DNA of 63,478 bases, the filler included, from Salisapilia sapeloensis CBS 127946 (taxonomy: Eukaryota; Protista; Oomycota), in assembly GCA_023334545.1 (NCBI GenBank). It is 10 parts of 10 records of this genome, joined end to end, with 100 filler letters (N's around TTAATTAATTAA, not from the genome) between each part and the next. Parts side by side here need not be neighbours in the genome. Positions count along the whole stretch, not along the records: positions 1 to 21,434 come from JAADVB010000283.1; positions 21,535 to 37,704 come from JAADVB010000356.1; 8 more parts are not named here. One strand, given 5' to 3'. Positions within the stretch are counted from its first letter, which is position 1. Each line of letters begins with the position of its first letter. The notes under the pieces are model-generated. The model ran no database searches. It saw only the letters and a list, made by a program, of their open reading frames with translations, and was not told the DNA's origin. Both the position numbers and the translations under genes were made by a program. Shown piece by piece: positions 12,617 through 24,752 of the stretch.

Positions 12617-12826
12617 CGGGCTTGAATACTCCTGTCAAGCGATATTCGTCTAGCTAGCTTGGTCCACCACGACGTGCTCGCGTGCGTACTTGGACGGTGT
12701 TTAGATTGTCCCCGATGTATACAAAATAGTTTAAATACTAAATATACCCTGACCATGTCTTCGAGGACGTAATAAGCAGATTGGACGAGTTACGCGATTA
12801 AGCCGGTGAAGACCTCATTGAAGAAA

Positions 12827-14458
12827 ATGCTCAAGACCCTCGCAACCACGAAACGCTTCCAGAACCTCCCTCATGTCCGTGGCATGGCCGGGAGAGCTCG
12901 ATTCCAATGGGAAGACCCTTTGCGACTCGAGGAACAGCTTAATGATGAAGAGCTCATGATTAAAGTACACTCAAGTGCACATACGTCTCTTAAGAGAGAT
13001 CTTTATCACATGAGATTAGAATGCCGCGCAAGACTTTTGCCAGGAAAAGTTGCTCCCGGGTATCGTCCAAGCGAATCGCAATGCGACGTTCGATAAGAAC
13101 ATCATGAAGGAGTTTGGCGACATGGGCTTCCTTGGACCGACCATCCAAGGATACGGATGTCCTGGCGTCGGATACGTGTCGTATGGACTCATCGCCAATG
13201 CCGTCGAGCAGGTAGGCCCTACACATAAGATAGCAAGAGCGTAGACAGGAGATGACGTGGATAATAGGTGGATAGCGCATACCGATCCGCGATGAGTGTG
13301 CAGTCGTCCCTAGTCATGCTCCCGATCAACGAGTTCGGGTCGGAAGCCCAGAAGGAAAAGGTGTGTAACTATATCCTCTTCTTAGGAGAAAGATCGCTGA
13401 CGGGAGTATACATAGTACCTCCCGCAACTGGCGAAAGGAGAGCTCATCGGCTGCTTCGGACTGACGGAGCCTAACCATGGCTCGGACCCTGGATCGTACG
13501 ATACGCTCATCTCTCTCCTAAAGCACCATCTCATTATCTTTTCTATCTAATAGGATGGAGACGAGAGCTCGACGCAAGGGAGACAAGTACATTCTCAATG
13601 GCTCCAAGAACTGTATGTTCCACCTCTTGCTCTGCATACAACAATATGCTTATCCGATATGCTTGTAGGGATCACGAACGCACCTATCGCGGATGTCTTT
13701 GTGATTTGGGCCAAGGACGATGAAGGCGACATTCGTGGCTTCATCCTCGACAAGGACACGCCTGGTCTGTCTGCTCAGTACATCGACGGAAAAGCGACGC
13801 TCATGGCTTCCGCCACGGGCATGATCTTTATGGAAGATGTCGAAATTCCGGCTGAGAACATGCTGCCGAACGTCAAGGGTCTCAAGGTACCTCCTTGCTC
13901 CTACATGAATCCCGTACAAGCTAACAAGCTTCCTAGGGTCCCTTCACCTGTCTCAACAGTGCTCGTTACGGTATCTCTTGGGGTGCCCTCGGAGCAGCAT
14001 GTAAGTCTTTTGGTTGATGGAATCACGTACAAGTGCTCATGCCTGATGTAGACTCTTGCTACTCGATCGCTCGGCAGTATACGCTCGACCGAAAGCAGTT
14101 CGGTGCTCCTCTTGCGTCCAACCAGTTGATGCAAAAGAAATTCGCTGATATGAGCACTGAGATTGCCATCGGACTGCAGAGCTGTCTTCAAGTCGGAAGA
14201 CTCTTGGACCAGGGTAAAGCACCGACGGAACTGATTTCCATGGTGAAGAGAAACTCGTGTGGAAAAGCGCTCGAAATTGCTCGGAATGCGAGAGATATGC
14301 TTGGTGGCAATGGACTGTCGGATGAGTACCATATCATTCGTCATGCCGTGAACTTGGAAGCTGTAAACACGTACGAAGGTACGCATGACATCCATGCGCT
14401 CATTCTCGGACGTGCGATTACGGATATCCCGGCCTTTGTTCCTCATAATGCCAAGTAA
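12827..14458 (+). CDS. GCDH: Glutaryl-CoA dehydrogenase, mitochondrial, 8 exons
   Basis: [56 protein letters not shown]. Introns 12965-13019, 13212-13267, 13361-13415, 13496-13553, 13613-13668, 13887-13936 and 14001-14051. Confidence 0.96.
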
Positions 14459-17079
14459 AGAGCATGTTTGTCGCAGCGTTAGACTTGGCTGTCGGAGCTG
14501 TAGTTTGCATTGTTTGGCTACAGAAGAATTAAAGCATTTCCACGCGACGTTGCCTTGTTCTTGTATTGATATGCTTTGAGGAAGGATGCTTATATCGTAG
14601 TCTGTCGACTGGAGTAGTGTCAAGAGTATCTTTCCTGTCGGTTTCTTGAGTGACCATAGGAAGGTTGATGTGTAGGATCGCTTCTCCATGATTCCATTGC
14701 TTTATAGATCGACAAACTTGATGAAACTGTGGAAAGTAAATCAGAGGTCAGATTAGATGATGGCGTGGAGACACGATCGGTGGACACAGGATTCGAGACT
14801 GATATGCGAGGCTTTAGTGTTCATTTATTCTAGAGATAAATGGCATCGACTCGAAAGGAGCATCAAGCATACTATTTGTCATAGTACAAACCGAGTAGAT
14901 GTCTTTTTCGAGAAGTATATCAAACTATTCTTTAAGCTATGCAGGTTGATTGAACTTGTTGATTCGTTCTAATGTTCGATGTTGTGCGTCGCCCAGGGAC
15001 ACTTTCACGTATGGCAGCATTGTATTTGCCCTATCAGCTATGCTTGATATGCAGTAATGACGCAAAGACACTTGATGAGCGAAATATACTCCAATATATT
15101 GAAAGTATAGCTAGTATTCGTGAAGGTATAGCTGGCCGCAGATTTCTCTCTGCGAGACTGAATAAAGTAGACTTATTGCTCGAGTAGCGATGTCTTGGAA
15201 CTTTCGCTCGTCAAAGCAAGAAGACTATCGAAATGTAGTCTAGAGTTCGTGTCTCTCTCATTGAGTTAAGCGATCGTAGACTTGCGGTTCGCGGTGCTCA
15301 CGCCATAAATTGCTTCCGATCCCACATCCAACCGAGGGTGGACGCTAGGATTGAGACAACGCCATCAGAAGATACAGAAGGACGAGGTCGATGAACTTGT
15401 CTCGTATCATCGAACAGCAGATGTGCGCGAGATGAACTCTCACGAAAAGCATCCTCGTCGGATGATACTCCGAGCATAAAAGTCGGTCTCTTGAGCTTGT
15501 GGACTAGGTTGCAATGGACGCTACTTGTATCCGATTAAGGCTCAGGTACCTAATGATGGAGCTATTGTACTTGACTTCTATCGAGAACTAAGCCTACGAA
15601 GACACTACTTGGGTCTCTGTACAGCAGTAGACGGATTAATTCAGTTTGTTTAACAGATTGTAGGCAACATCTTAAGGTACAAGACACCGATCGAAGATAC
15701 CATGAATTCTACCTATGCTCCAGTAAAACAAGTGGGTATGACATTGTAACGTGCAGAATCGATTTGCAACTTAGTATCCAGCTGCACAAGCAGCCACAAG
15801 ATACATTTTTCCGACAAATCTCGATATGCGTAACCGAGATGGTTTCAACCATCAATGTCTACCTTTTGGACATCAACTTTCTATGGGCTCTAGAGCTAGT
15901 GTCCTAAACTAGTAAGTAGATCACAATGTGGTATTCCTTCCTGCGAGAAAGGAACTGGTGCATTGTGACGGAAGATGAAGCATTAGACTGGAAGGTTTTA
16001 AAGCTATCTCTCGACGTTGGCACTAATCTCGTAGGCATCTCTTTACGTTTATTCTAGCATATGCATCGAAAAGAAAAGGAGCTTTGCAATTATTTATAGC
16101 AGCAAAAGGTTATAAATCAATTTGGTCTACACAGATGCAGCGTTAAAGTTCGTTTATGTGTGCATGGCTTCTGTGATCAATTACCAAGCGAGTGTTTCTG
16201 TTCCTCAAAGTTTCTTTAATGAGTACAAGGAAATACTTAGGCACCTGTATGCAAAGATAGGAAGAACAAATATATTAATAAAGCGCGTAAACCATAAACT
16301 TTATTCTATGTTTAATTATTGTGAGTTTCATTCAAATTGCCATGATCAAAGAGCTCAGGACTCGATTCGGGTTGGCGAATGAATCAACCACACTCAGACT
16401 AAACAATGGTCTTGCACATACTACCAGATAGTCAGCACAAAGCCTAGTATCGTGACGTACGCTCGCTTTAATCTTGCTATCTCTAGCAGAGGTAATGAAC
16501 AAAAACCTCGATACGGTATCTTTAGTATACAACAAGCTTATATGTGGCCATTATAGGCATCATAGGACAATCGTCGGCTCCAGAAACCTTCTCATCCACG
16601 TAAGTATCAACCATATCTACGCTACAAGCGGGCATGTAAGCTTTATCCTAGATTTCCACTGCGTTGACTATAAAGTTTATCTCGCGCTTCTAAAGATTTC
16701 TATGTAATGAAACACTAATCCAGTACACATATAGGTAGCAAACTCTAAGACGTCCATTCATAACTACAAAAACCACACACGCGTACCCTAGAGACACCTC
16801 TACTACCAAATCCATAGCCAACTCCTATAGCTCATCCGCATTTCAACCAATCCCAGACCATCCACTTCTTCATTGGCTAAAACCACATAATAAGCCCACA
16901 GATTGGTCGAAATGAGCGCACACCGACATCGGATACGAAGCTCGAGGTGGCAGCGACCAGGCTCTCTCGTTCTCCTCCGGACCGCCTCGCACCCGTGCAT
17001 CGTACTCTACATCCGCCACAAACAACCACAGGAATACCTCTACTACCCATAGCATCCAATTGCACTTGAGATCTTCAGC

Positions 17080-19579
17080 ATGAGCCAAAAGCTACGTGAC
17101 TTGATTCGCCACGTGCGAGCTTGTAAGACAGCAGCCGAGGAGCGCGCTGTGATCGCGAAAGAAAGCGCACTCATGCGTACGGCTTTCAAGGACCAGGAGA
17201 AGCAGTACCGCCATCGTAATGTCGCTAAAGTCCTCTTCATCCACATGCTTGGCTATCCGTCCCATTTCGGTCAAATGGAATGCGTCAAGCTTATTGCCAG
17301 CCCCTACTTTGCCGAGAAGCGCATGGGCTATCTAGTACACTCTCTCACTTCTTACAAGTCTATATATGTACTCATTTCTATCCTAGGGCTTAATCTTGCT
17401 CCTTACGGACAATGAAGACGTCCTGACGCTGGTCACGAACTCGGTGAAGAACGATCTAAATAGTCCGAACCACTTCGTCGTCGGCCTTGCGCTCACAGCC
17501 GTCGGGAACATCGCTTCCCCAGACATGGCAAGAGACTTGGTCATGGACATCGACAAACATCTGCGTGGCGAGAATGACTATCTTCGTAAGAAAGCAGCAT
17601 TAGCCTGCATTCGCGTCTTCACCAAGCTCCCAGAGCTCGTAGAAGACTTTGTCGAGTCTGTCCAATCTCTCCTTCGTAGTAAAAACCACGGTGTTCTCTT
17701 AACAGGCGTCGAATTAATTACCCAGGTGATGCAGTTGGAGCATGCGAACATCCAGCTCTTTGGCGATTTAGTCCCGAAGCTCGTGAAAAAACTACGTTCG
17801 CTCTTGTCCATGGGCTACTCATCCGAATATGACGTCAGTGGCATCGCAGATCCGTTCCTCCAAGCTGCCATCCTCCGTCTCTTGCGTCTCTTAGGCAAAG
17901 AGAGCTCCGACGCGAGTGAAGCCATGAACGACGTCCTGGCGCAAGTGGCGACGAACACCGAGACGGCCAAGACGGCTGGCAATGCCATCCTGTACGAATG
18001 TGTGCAGACGATCATGACGATCGAAAGCGACAACGGTCTCCGCGTCCTGGCGATCAACATCCTCGGTCGTTTCCTCTTGAATCGCGACAATAACATTCGA
18101 TACGTAGCGTTAAACACCTTGTCCAAGGTTGTGGCAGACGACGCAGCCGCCGTCCAACGCCACACGAACACGATCGTCGAGTGTCTCAAGGATCCCGACA
18201 CATCGATCCGCCAACGCGCTTTGGAACTCATCTACGCTCTAGTAAACGACTCGAACATCCAGCTCCTCGCTCGAGAGATGCTCAACTACCTTGTTATCGC
18301 TCCTCGCGAGCAAAAACCTTCTTTGTGTTCTCGTATCGCTGATGCCGTCGACAGGTATGCACCGAGTAATCGCTGGCAGATCGATACATTGATCACGATG
18401 CTCTCGATCGCTGGTTCGAACCTTCCGGATGAACGCATCGGACATTCCTTGATCATGCTCATCCAGCGAGATGAAGAGATGCATGCGTATGTCGTTCATA
18501 AACTCTTTGCTGCACTCTCCGATGACCTGACGCAACTCGCTCTCGTCCACGTCGGGCTCTGGTGCATCGGAGAGTACGGCCACTTGCTCCTGCTTGACGC
18601 ACCATCGAACGAACAGTCTCTCCCGGACACGAGCGCCGTCTCGGAGTCTCAAGTCGTTGCTCTCTTATCCGACGTCTTGCACCATCACGCAGCGACGGAA
18701 GTCACGAAAGCATACGCCTTGACGTCCATGCTCAAGCTCACGACTCGTTTCCGAGAGAGCATGCAAGTAGAGAGACTCAAGGGACTACTTGAAGCCTACC
18801 GTAGCTCATCTATCGTTGAGCTCCAGCAACGTTCGATCGAGTACTCTTCTCTCCTCGCGCCAGACTGGAACTCGTTGCGTCCTGACGTGCTCGCCAACAT
18901 GCCTCCCATGGACATCACCAAGCTCCGTAGTCGCCAGTCACGTGTGCTACCTGCAGACCGACTGAATGACTCGCTACTGGACACGGAGGACAAGCCTGAA
19001 CCTCCGAAAGCTCCGCAGGAGAGCAGTCTCCTCGACTTGGACGATATCTTCGGTGGTGGAGCACCGACGAGCAACACGCCAGCGCCTGCGCCTCCAGCAT
19101 CCAACGACCTACTTGCGGACTTGTTTGCTAGTGACTCGAACCCTCCACCTGCTCCAGCTCCTGCGAATGGTAGCTCAAGTGATGAGCTCTTAGGTCTGTT
19201 TGAGCAGAAGCGACCGACAGTACGCGGATATGATAAGCACGGCATTATCATCGATATCGAGGTGGAGAAGAATGCGAATGGAGAACAAGGTCTCACGCAT
19301 TTGCATGCAACGATTACAAATGAAAGTGAGAGCAACGTCGAAGACCTTGTGTTCCAAGCTGCTTTCCCAAAGTACGTGACACTCCTTGCAATGGAACCAC
19401 CTAGTGGTCATGCTTTACCAGCAAAGAGTCAAGGCGGAAGTATCTCTCAAACAGTCAAGATTAAGAACTCGATGGCAGGCCAGAAACCAGTCATGATGCG
19501 CGTGAAACTAGTCTTTTCGAAAGACGGTCAACGTACGGAAGATATTGCAACGATCAATTCTTTTCCGCAGGACATTTGA
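17080..19579 (+). CDS. AP1G1: AP-1 adaptor complex subunit gamma
   Basis: [30 protein letters not shown], adaptin trunk, DLL-rich hinge and C-terminal gamma-ear. One intron at 17335-17386. Confidence 0.96.
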
Positions 19580-19633
19580 TGCTGGCAGGAAAGAAATAAA
19601 AAAGAAAAACAAGTTGTCAAGCACATAATTTGC

Positions 19634-20637
19634 TTACTGCACTTGTAAAGTGTTCAATCGAAGACGATAGTAAGGAGCACGGACACGATCCGTTTCATTC
19701 ATCAATGTCTTCAATAACTAGGGAATCATGTTAGTAGGATATTTGTCTTCGATCAAAAATCATCGTACCGTCTGTGCTTGAGTTATGGACTCAGACGTGC
19801 CTTCCTTGGCATATAAGTCGACTAAGAGGATGGCAGGGAAGATACAATCGGCATCCGACTGGAGTACTTGCTGACACTTCGACTGGACAAGGTCCTTGAA
19901 GTCATGGTGAAAGCCGTGCCATAGCGCTCGAATGTAGTTCCAAGCGCTTTCGTTGTGAATGGCCCAGTCGAGCTTGGCCATGGCATAGTCCAGCTCTCGC
20001 TTCCTCGTCTCGACGTCCAGATTGGTCGTTTGAGACAGCATGAACCACCGGTGGTTCCACGCCGAGTTATTTCGCACGTCGTCTTGCAGCATCGAGTCGA
20101 TGAATTCGAACTCGCCGTCGTACAGCTCGAAGCGACGGACGTACCACTGACGATGTGCCCACGCATGGTAGTTCTTGGCATCTTCACTTAAAGCCATGGC
20201 ACAGAAATGAGCTTCTTTACTGCCGTCGCCAAGCAAAGTGCAGACCTCGCGACGGTGATGCCAGATCTGATAGTTCTTTGGATGTGCGAGTGCCATCTCC
20301 TGGATGAACTCGAGCTCCGCGGCGAGGTCAGCGTCAAGCGCTTCGAGGCATCGACGACGGAATGCCCACGCAGTGTAGTTGGCAGGGTTCTCATAGATCA
20401 CATCTTTCGATAGCGACAACGTACGTTCACTTAGCTCATTTGTCTGCAGGACGCCTCGAAAGCAGTCCATGACGTCCGTGACTATGTGTTTTATTAGTGT
20501 TGCGAAACGATGAGGTTATGGATATGGACGCAATGTGTACAGGTGCTTGAGTAGGCGATGCTGACAATGGGATTCGGTCCGTCATCTTGAGGAACCTTAG
20601 GGACATCTGCCCATGCTGGGTCGTCTCGGTAGAGCAT
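19634..20637 (-). CDS. FNTA: Protein farnesyltransferase/geranylgeranyltransferase-I alpha subunit
   Basis: [20 protein letters not shown] repeats ([41 protein letters not shown]). Introns 20482-20540 and 19718-19768; last exon ends DRVRAPYY...VQ*. Confidence 0.93.
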
Positions 20638-21058
20638 TGTGATCTTTATGGTAGAGCTATTTATTTTAGCTTCGTTTTTTATCTCGTTTGTTCTATGCTT
20701 TTGCCCTAGGTAAAATGTAGTTTACGACGAGGATGTGAAAAATAATGAAAGGAAGAGACATGGTGCATGCACACGAGCGCACATTGATTTCCTCGTTTTA
20801 TATGTGAAGGGAACAGAAAGATATGTCTAAATTACATTTGGTTCAGGTTTCATTCCGACAGGATCAACTAGCCCGAAATTATTATAAGAAGCGAGACAAG
20901 AAATTCAGCCACGATAGTTGTCAGCTATATCATCACATCGAGCTTAGTTATACTTTTAACTTGCTTACACTAGGCACTTGCCACAACACTGCACAATACA
21001 TGTATTAAAATGGAGCGCACTCAGGCCGTATTCGTTCAGCGGGTTATCGGGTATTACG

Positions 21059-21434
21059 GAAACAAACACAGATGAATTATAACTGGAATCAATGCTTAAG
21101 TCTTTGGCGGTTCACCCTAGGCTTACGTCGCTATCCACCTTTCTATTTCTATTCATTTATATCGTCCATTCCTCTGTCATGCTTTGGTGGCGCACAGTGT
21201 CGTGTGCATCGTGGTGGGTCGAAGTCATTTAGGTTGAAGTTGCATTCGATTTACTTGCAACAGTGAGCTCTTCGCCATTTTACTGGGACAGAATACAGTG
21301 CGAGTCGCAAATATTGCCCAATTATTTCGTTCACCACGGTACGTTCCCTGTTCCGAAATAATAGCGAAGAGCTCACTGTTGCAAGTAAAGCGAAGAGGTC
21401 ACCGAGTCTTTCGCGCGCTTTTTCAAATGTGCAC
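21059..21434. repeat. Right arm of the inverted repeat bracketing contig A (contains the fold-back unit at 21250-21389)
   Basis: Reverse complement of 1-360; the terminal 141 nt are identical. Confidence 0.95.
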
Positions 21435-21534
21435 NNNNNNNNNNNNNNNNNNNNNNNNNNNNNNNNNNNNNNNNNNNNTTAATTAATTAANNNNNNNNNN
21501 NNNNNNNNNNNNNNNNNNNNNNNNNNNNNNNNNN
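21435..21534. other. Artificial contig spacer
   Basis: N44-TTAATTAATTAA-N44; the linker places a stop codon in all six frames. Confidence 0.99.
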
Positions 21535-23302
21535 ACGGAACCGGAAAGAAAAGATCCATACCTAGCCGCACGATTGGCCCCCGCCGGACCCGCACGCGGC
21601 GTTTCTGACCACGGCTTCCGCCTGCCTTCTCGCTCCGATCAGTGACTATTCACACGAGCAGACTCTGCTCTAGTCAAAACGTCAGTCGAGTGCATCAAGC
21701 CAAGAGTAGCAAGCTACCAAGCGCACTTGGACGCGTTGATTCGCTTGCTCGGATGCTGATCCAACGCGAATTGTCAAAAGCTAAATTTTACGTTGACTTC
21801 GGAAGGATTCGGTGCCCTGTTGCTATTTGTCCTGAAGAAGACACCACGATCGGTTGCGAAGATAGGTCTGATATGGAAATGCTGATAGGTTCTACTGGTT
21901 TCGACACCACTCCGCGCGTAATGGCGTGGAAACCGATACAAAATGTCGTACCTGGTTGCTTAAAATTGATCACGAGTAGTTTCCATATCGATCGTTGTAC
22001 TTGCAGCAGTCCAAGTACAGGCTGCTGAGCTAAAATCCGAGTACATAGATACAGATCGATAAAATTCGTGCACTAAGGGTACAGGGGCCCAATGCGTTTC
22101 AATTGTGCATTGATGAGGCTGGAGGGACGCATAAACACGTGCTTGAAGCTTGCAAGTGCCGATTCAATCATCTAGGTAATGTGTATAAAACGAAATACTC
22201 CTTCACCCGAACTTGACAGTACCTCATATTTATTTTTATGTTTACTTGTCGTAGTCACAGGTAGGCTAATGCACTCAATCTTCAGTTCATATAGTCATAT
22301 CTAGTGTCATCTAAATCCACACTTTCTATTAGCCTTGCCTTTCATTCGTTGTACACGACGGCGACCAAAATTGGAGGTAGGCGATATACTTAAAAAAAGC
22401 TCTTTATTATTATGCGTTGCAAAAGCTAACCAAGGGCTTATTGACAAGTTTTTTAATCCAACGCTTCACGAACTTCAGTCTTGACTTCAACTCGACTTCA
22501 ACTTAACTTCAAGGTGCGACCTGGTTTCATCTTCAATTTCGCTGATGGTTGGGTACGGTCCACGCTTGATAGTATTTGGACATTCAAAGGAGAGCAGCTC
22601 AAGATCGCGCAGGGTCTTCGCCGGGCTGAAAATATTTGAAGGCAGAAAGAGGATACTGCATGGTCTCCAATATACCGTAGGGTACTTCAACTCGGTAAGC
22701 GTACGCTCGACTTAACTCTGCGTCGAAACGTTGCAAGGGTTTGTCATATATTCGACAGTGTTTATTTATTCTGCGCGAAGCCAAATGCACAACAGCGATA
22801 GGCTTATTTAAAGTAGACAGGCACCGAGCCCTGCGAAGACAGATGTAAGAGTGTATATGATCCTACGTTCTCAAGCACGAGCAGATTGCGTCCATTGCGT
22901 TTACAATCTCCACGCGTAGATTTCCTGCATTTTCTGCAGACTTGACAGGTCTTTATGTAATAGTCTTTGAAGATGCTTTGAATTATTCCAGCGAATTCTA
23001 ATGAATTGGACTCTGTAGCTAGTAGATTGTTTCCAAGATATTGCAGCTAGCATCATACCAAAGATGAGTTTCTCTCTAGATTTGAATCTTGCACTCTACC
23101 TACGAAAGTAATGACAGTAAAGAGTTCGTCGTGATCATTGACAGGATGGGAGCTCCATGTGATACGAATACACCCGTTGCAAGTATCCGATGACTATACA
23201 CTTTGCAACTTGGAAGCAGCAAAGTTCATTACCTGCTACCTTCCACATTTTTAGCCAAACGATCTATTTGTATCGTACTCCTCTTTCTCGCGATATTCCG
23301 CA

Positions 23303-24487
23303 CTACGCTGCAATTTCGACCAATACTTCTCTCGTCCGAGGTACGTCTTCCATCACGTGCTTCTTCACACGCGCCTGTAGCTCCTTCACTTCCTCCAGTC
23401 CCATATCCTGGACATCCAGCATCACTTCCAATTGGTTCAAGCGCCCCATTCTTCGCCCTCGCACCTGCACCGTTTTCACAGGTGCATCTCCAATCTCGTG
23501 CGAAACAATATTCTCGACTTTTTCAATCACTTCATCCGGCAACTTGCCATCACATAGCTCTTTTAACGAATCCATCCCGATCTCTACACCAGTTTTTAAA
23601 ATCACACCACCGACGCCTATACCAGCCAATGGGTCACAAATAGGTAATCCAGCCAAGCTCAGACCGATACCAGCAGTCGCCACTACACTCGTAATCGCGT
23701 CACTTCGATGATGCCACGCATTGGCAATCAGGACATTGGAGTTAACCTTATTCCCAATACGCATTGTAGATCGATACAACGCTTCTTTTGCAGCAATTGA
23801 GCCAACTGCGATGCCCAAAGCAGCAGGATGCAGCATTTCAGCTGGAGACGAAGGACCGTGGGTGGGTGACGTGGTGAGGTCAGTCGTGTGCACGAGGTCG
23901 TCCAACTTAAGACCAGAGCTATGGGCACTGTTGAGAGCTACTTCTGCAATCTCAGGAGAAGCTGCTTGGTACAGTGTGAGGAGATTATCGAACGAGTGAA
24001 TCACGATGCCCAAGCTTCCACCGACAAGTAGTGTTGCCACTGTAAGCGCACCCACCGTTTCGTATCGGCCATAGCCATATGGATGGCTCTTATCCGGCTC
24101 CTTAGAGCAGAATTTGAGAGCGATGAGCGTCACGCCGTCACTGATCATGTCGCTCATGCTGTGCGCTGCGTCTGCTAGTAGCCCAGACGAGTGGCAGGCA
24201 AATCCAGCCACACCTTTGACGGCAGCCAGTCCGACGTTCACATAGACACCTAGCCACGTGATCCTGTCGGCAGCGCGTGCATCTTCTGCTGAGAGCTGCT
24301 GCTTTAGCTTTTCAAGTGCCTCTGCGTCATGTTCGTCGTGCGAGTGCGAGTGTCCGCCATGCCAACGGCAGGATCCGACCGGCTGCCATATCCTAGGACT
24401 GACATGGCGATTACAAGCGGAGTATCGGTAGAGCTTGTTCATCCGAAGCATTATCGTTTTTGAACGATTGACGCTTATCCGAAGCAT
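23303..24487 (-). CDS. Cation diffusion facilitator (Fe/Zn) transporter, mitochondrial MMT1/2-FieF-like
   Basis: Arg-rich presequence, HGGHSHSHDEH, ADAAHSMSD, HPYGYGRYET, NAWHHRSDA and a C-terminal dimerisation domain. Confidence 0.92.
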   Translation of the reverse strand: MLRISVNRSKTIMLRMNKLYRYSACNRHVSPRIWQPVGSCRWHGGHSHSHDEHDAEALEKLKQQLSAEDARAADRITWLGVYVNVGLAAVKGVAGFACHSSGLLADAAHSMSDMISDGVTLIALKFCSKEPDKSHPYGYGRYETVGALTVATLLVGGSLGIVIHSFDNLLTLYQAASPEIAEVALNSAHSSGLKLDDLVHTTDLTTSPTHGPSSPAEMLHPAALGIAVGSIAAKEALYRSTMRIGNKVNSNVLIANAWHHRSDAITSVVATAGIGLSLAGLPICDPLAGIGVGGVILKTGVEIGMDSLKELCDGKLPDEVIEKVENIVSHEIGDAPVKTVQVRGRRMGRLNQLEVMLDVQDMGLEEVKELQARVKKHVMEDVPRTREVLVEIAA

Positions 24488-24752
24488 TCTGTCGGAGTAT
24501 GTTCATGCCGATTGACATCATCACGGCGCCTTTCGCCAATCACGAGGCAGATCCTGGTAGCTGTACCTTCGAGCAACCTGCTCGTTTTTGTTCTACACGA
24601 CATACAGTATCCTAGATGGAAAGAAGGACACGCAATATCCGGACAACAAAGCTCGATTCGGGAGGTGGTCGGATCTCATACGCTACGTGTAGACTAGTGA
24701 CAAGGTGCTGCGTCCGAGGGTACAGAGTATAGTCTAGAGAAAGAGTTGGAAG

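Noticed and set aside
1-21434. Contig A as a giant TIR transposon, linear plasmid or Polinton
   Set aside because: It encodes only intron-containing housekeeping genes, with no transposase, integrase or pPolB. The exact 141-nt terminal identity, shared with contig C, indicates assembler overlap.
21479-21490. TTAATTAATTAA recurring nine times, as a possible biological repeat or recombination site
   Set aside because: It is always centred in exactly 44+44 N. It is a six-frame stop linker added when contigs were concatenated. ORFs running into X residues or ending LIN are artefacts.
21535-23100. Protein-like but stop-riddled frames at the start of contig B (also 400-3400, 15200-16700 and 61807-62100)
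   Set aside because: They may be decayed genes or elements, but no motif could be assigned by eye. A tBLASTx or profile search is needed.
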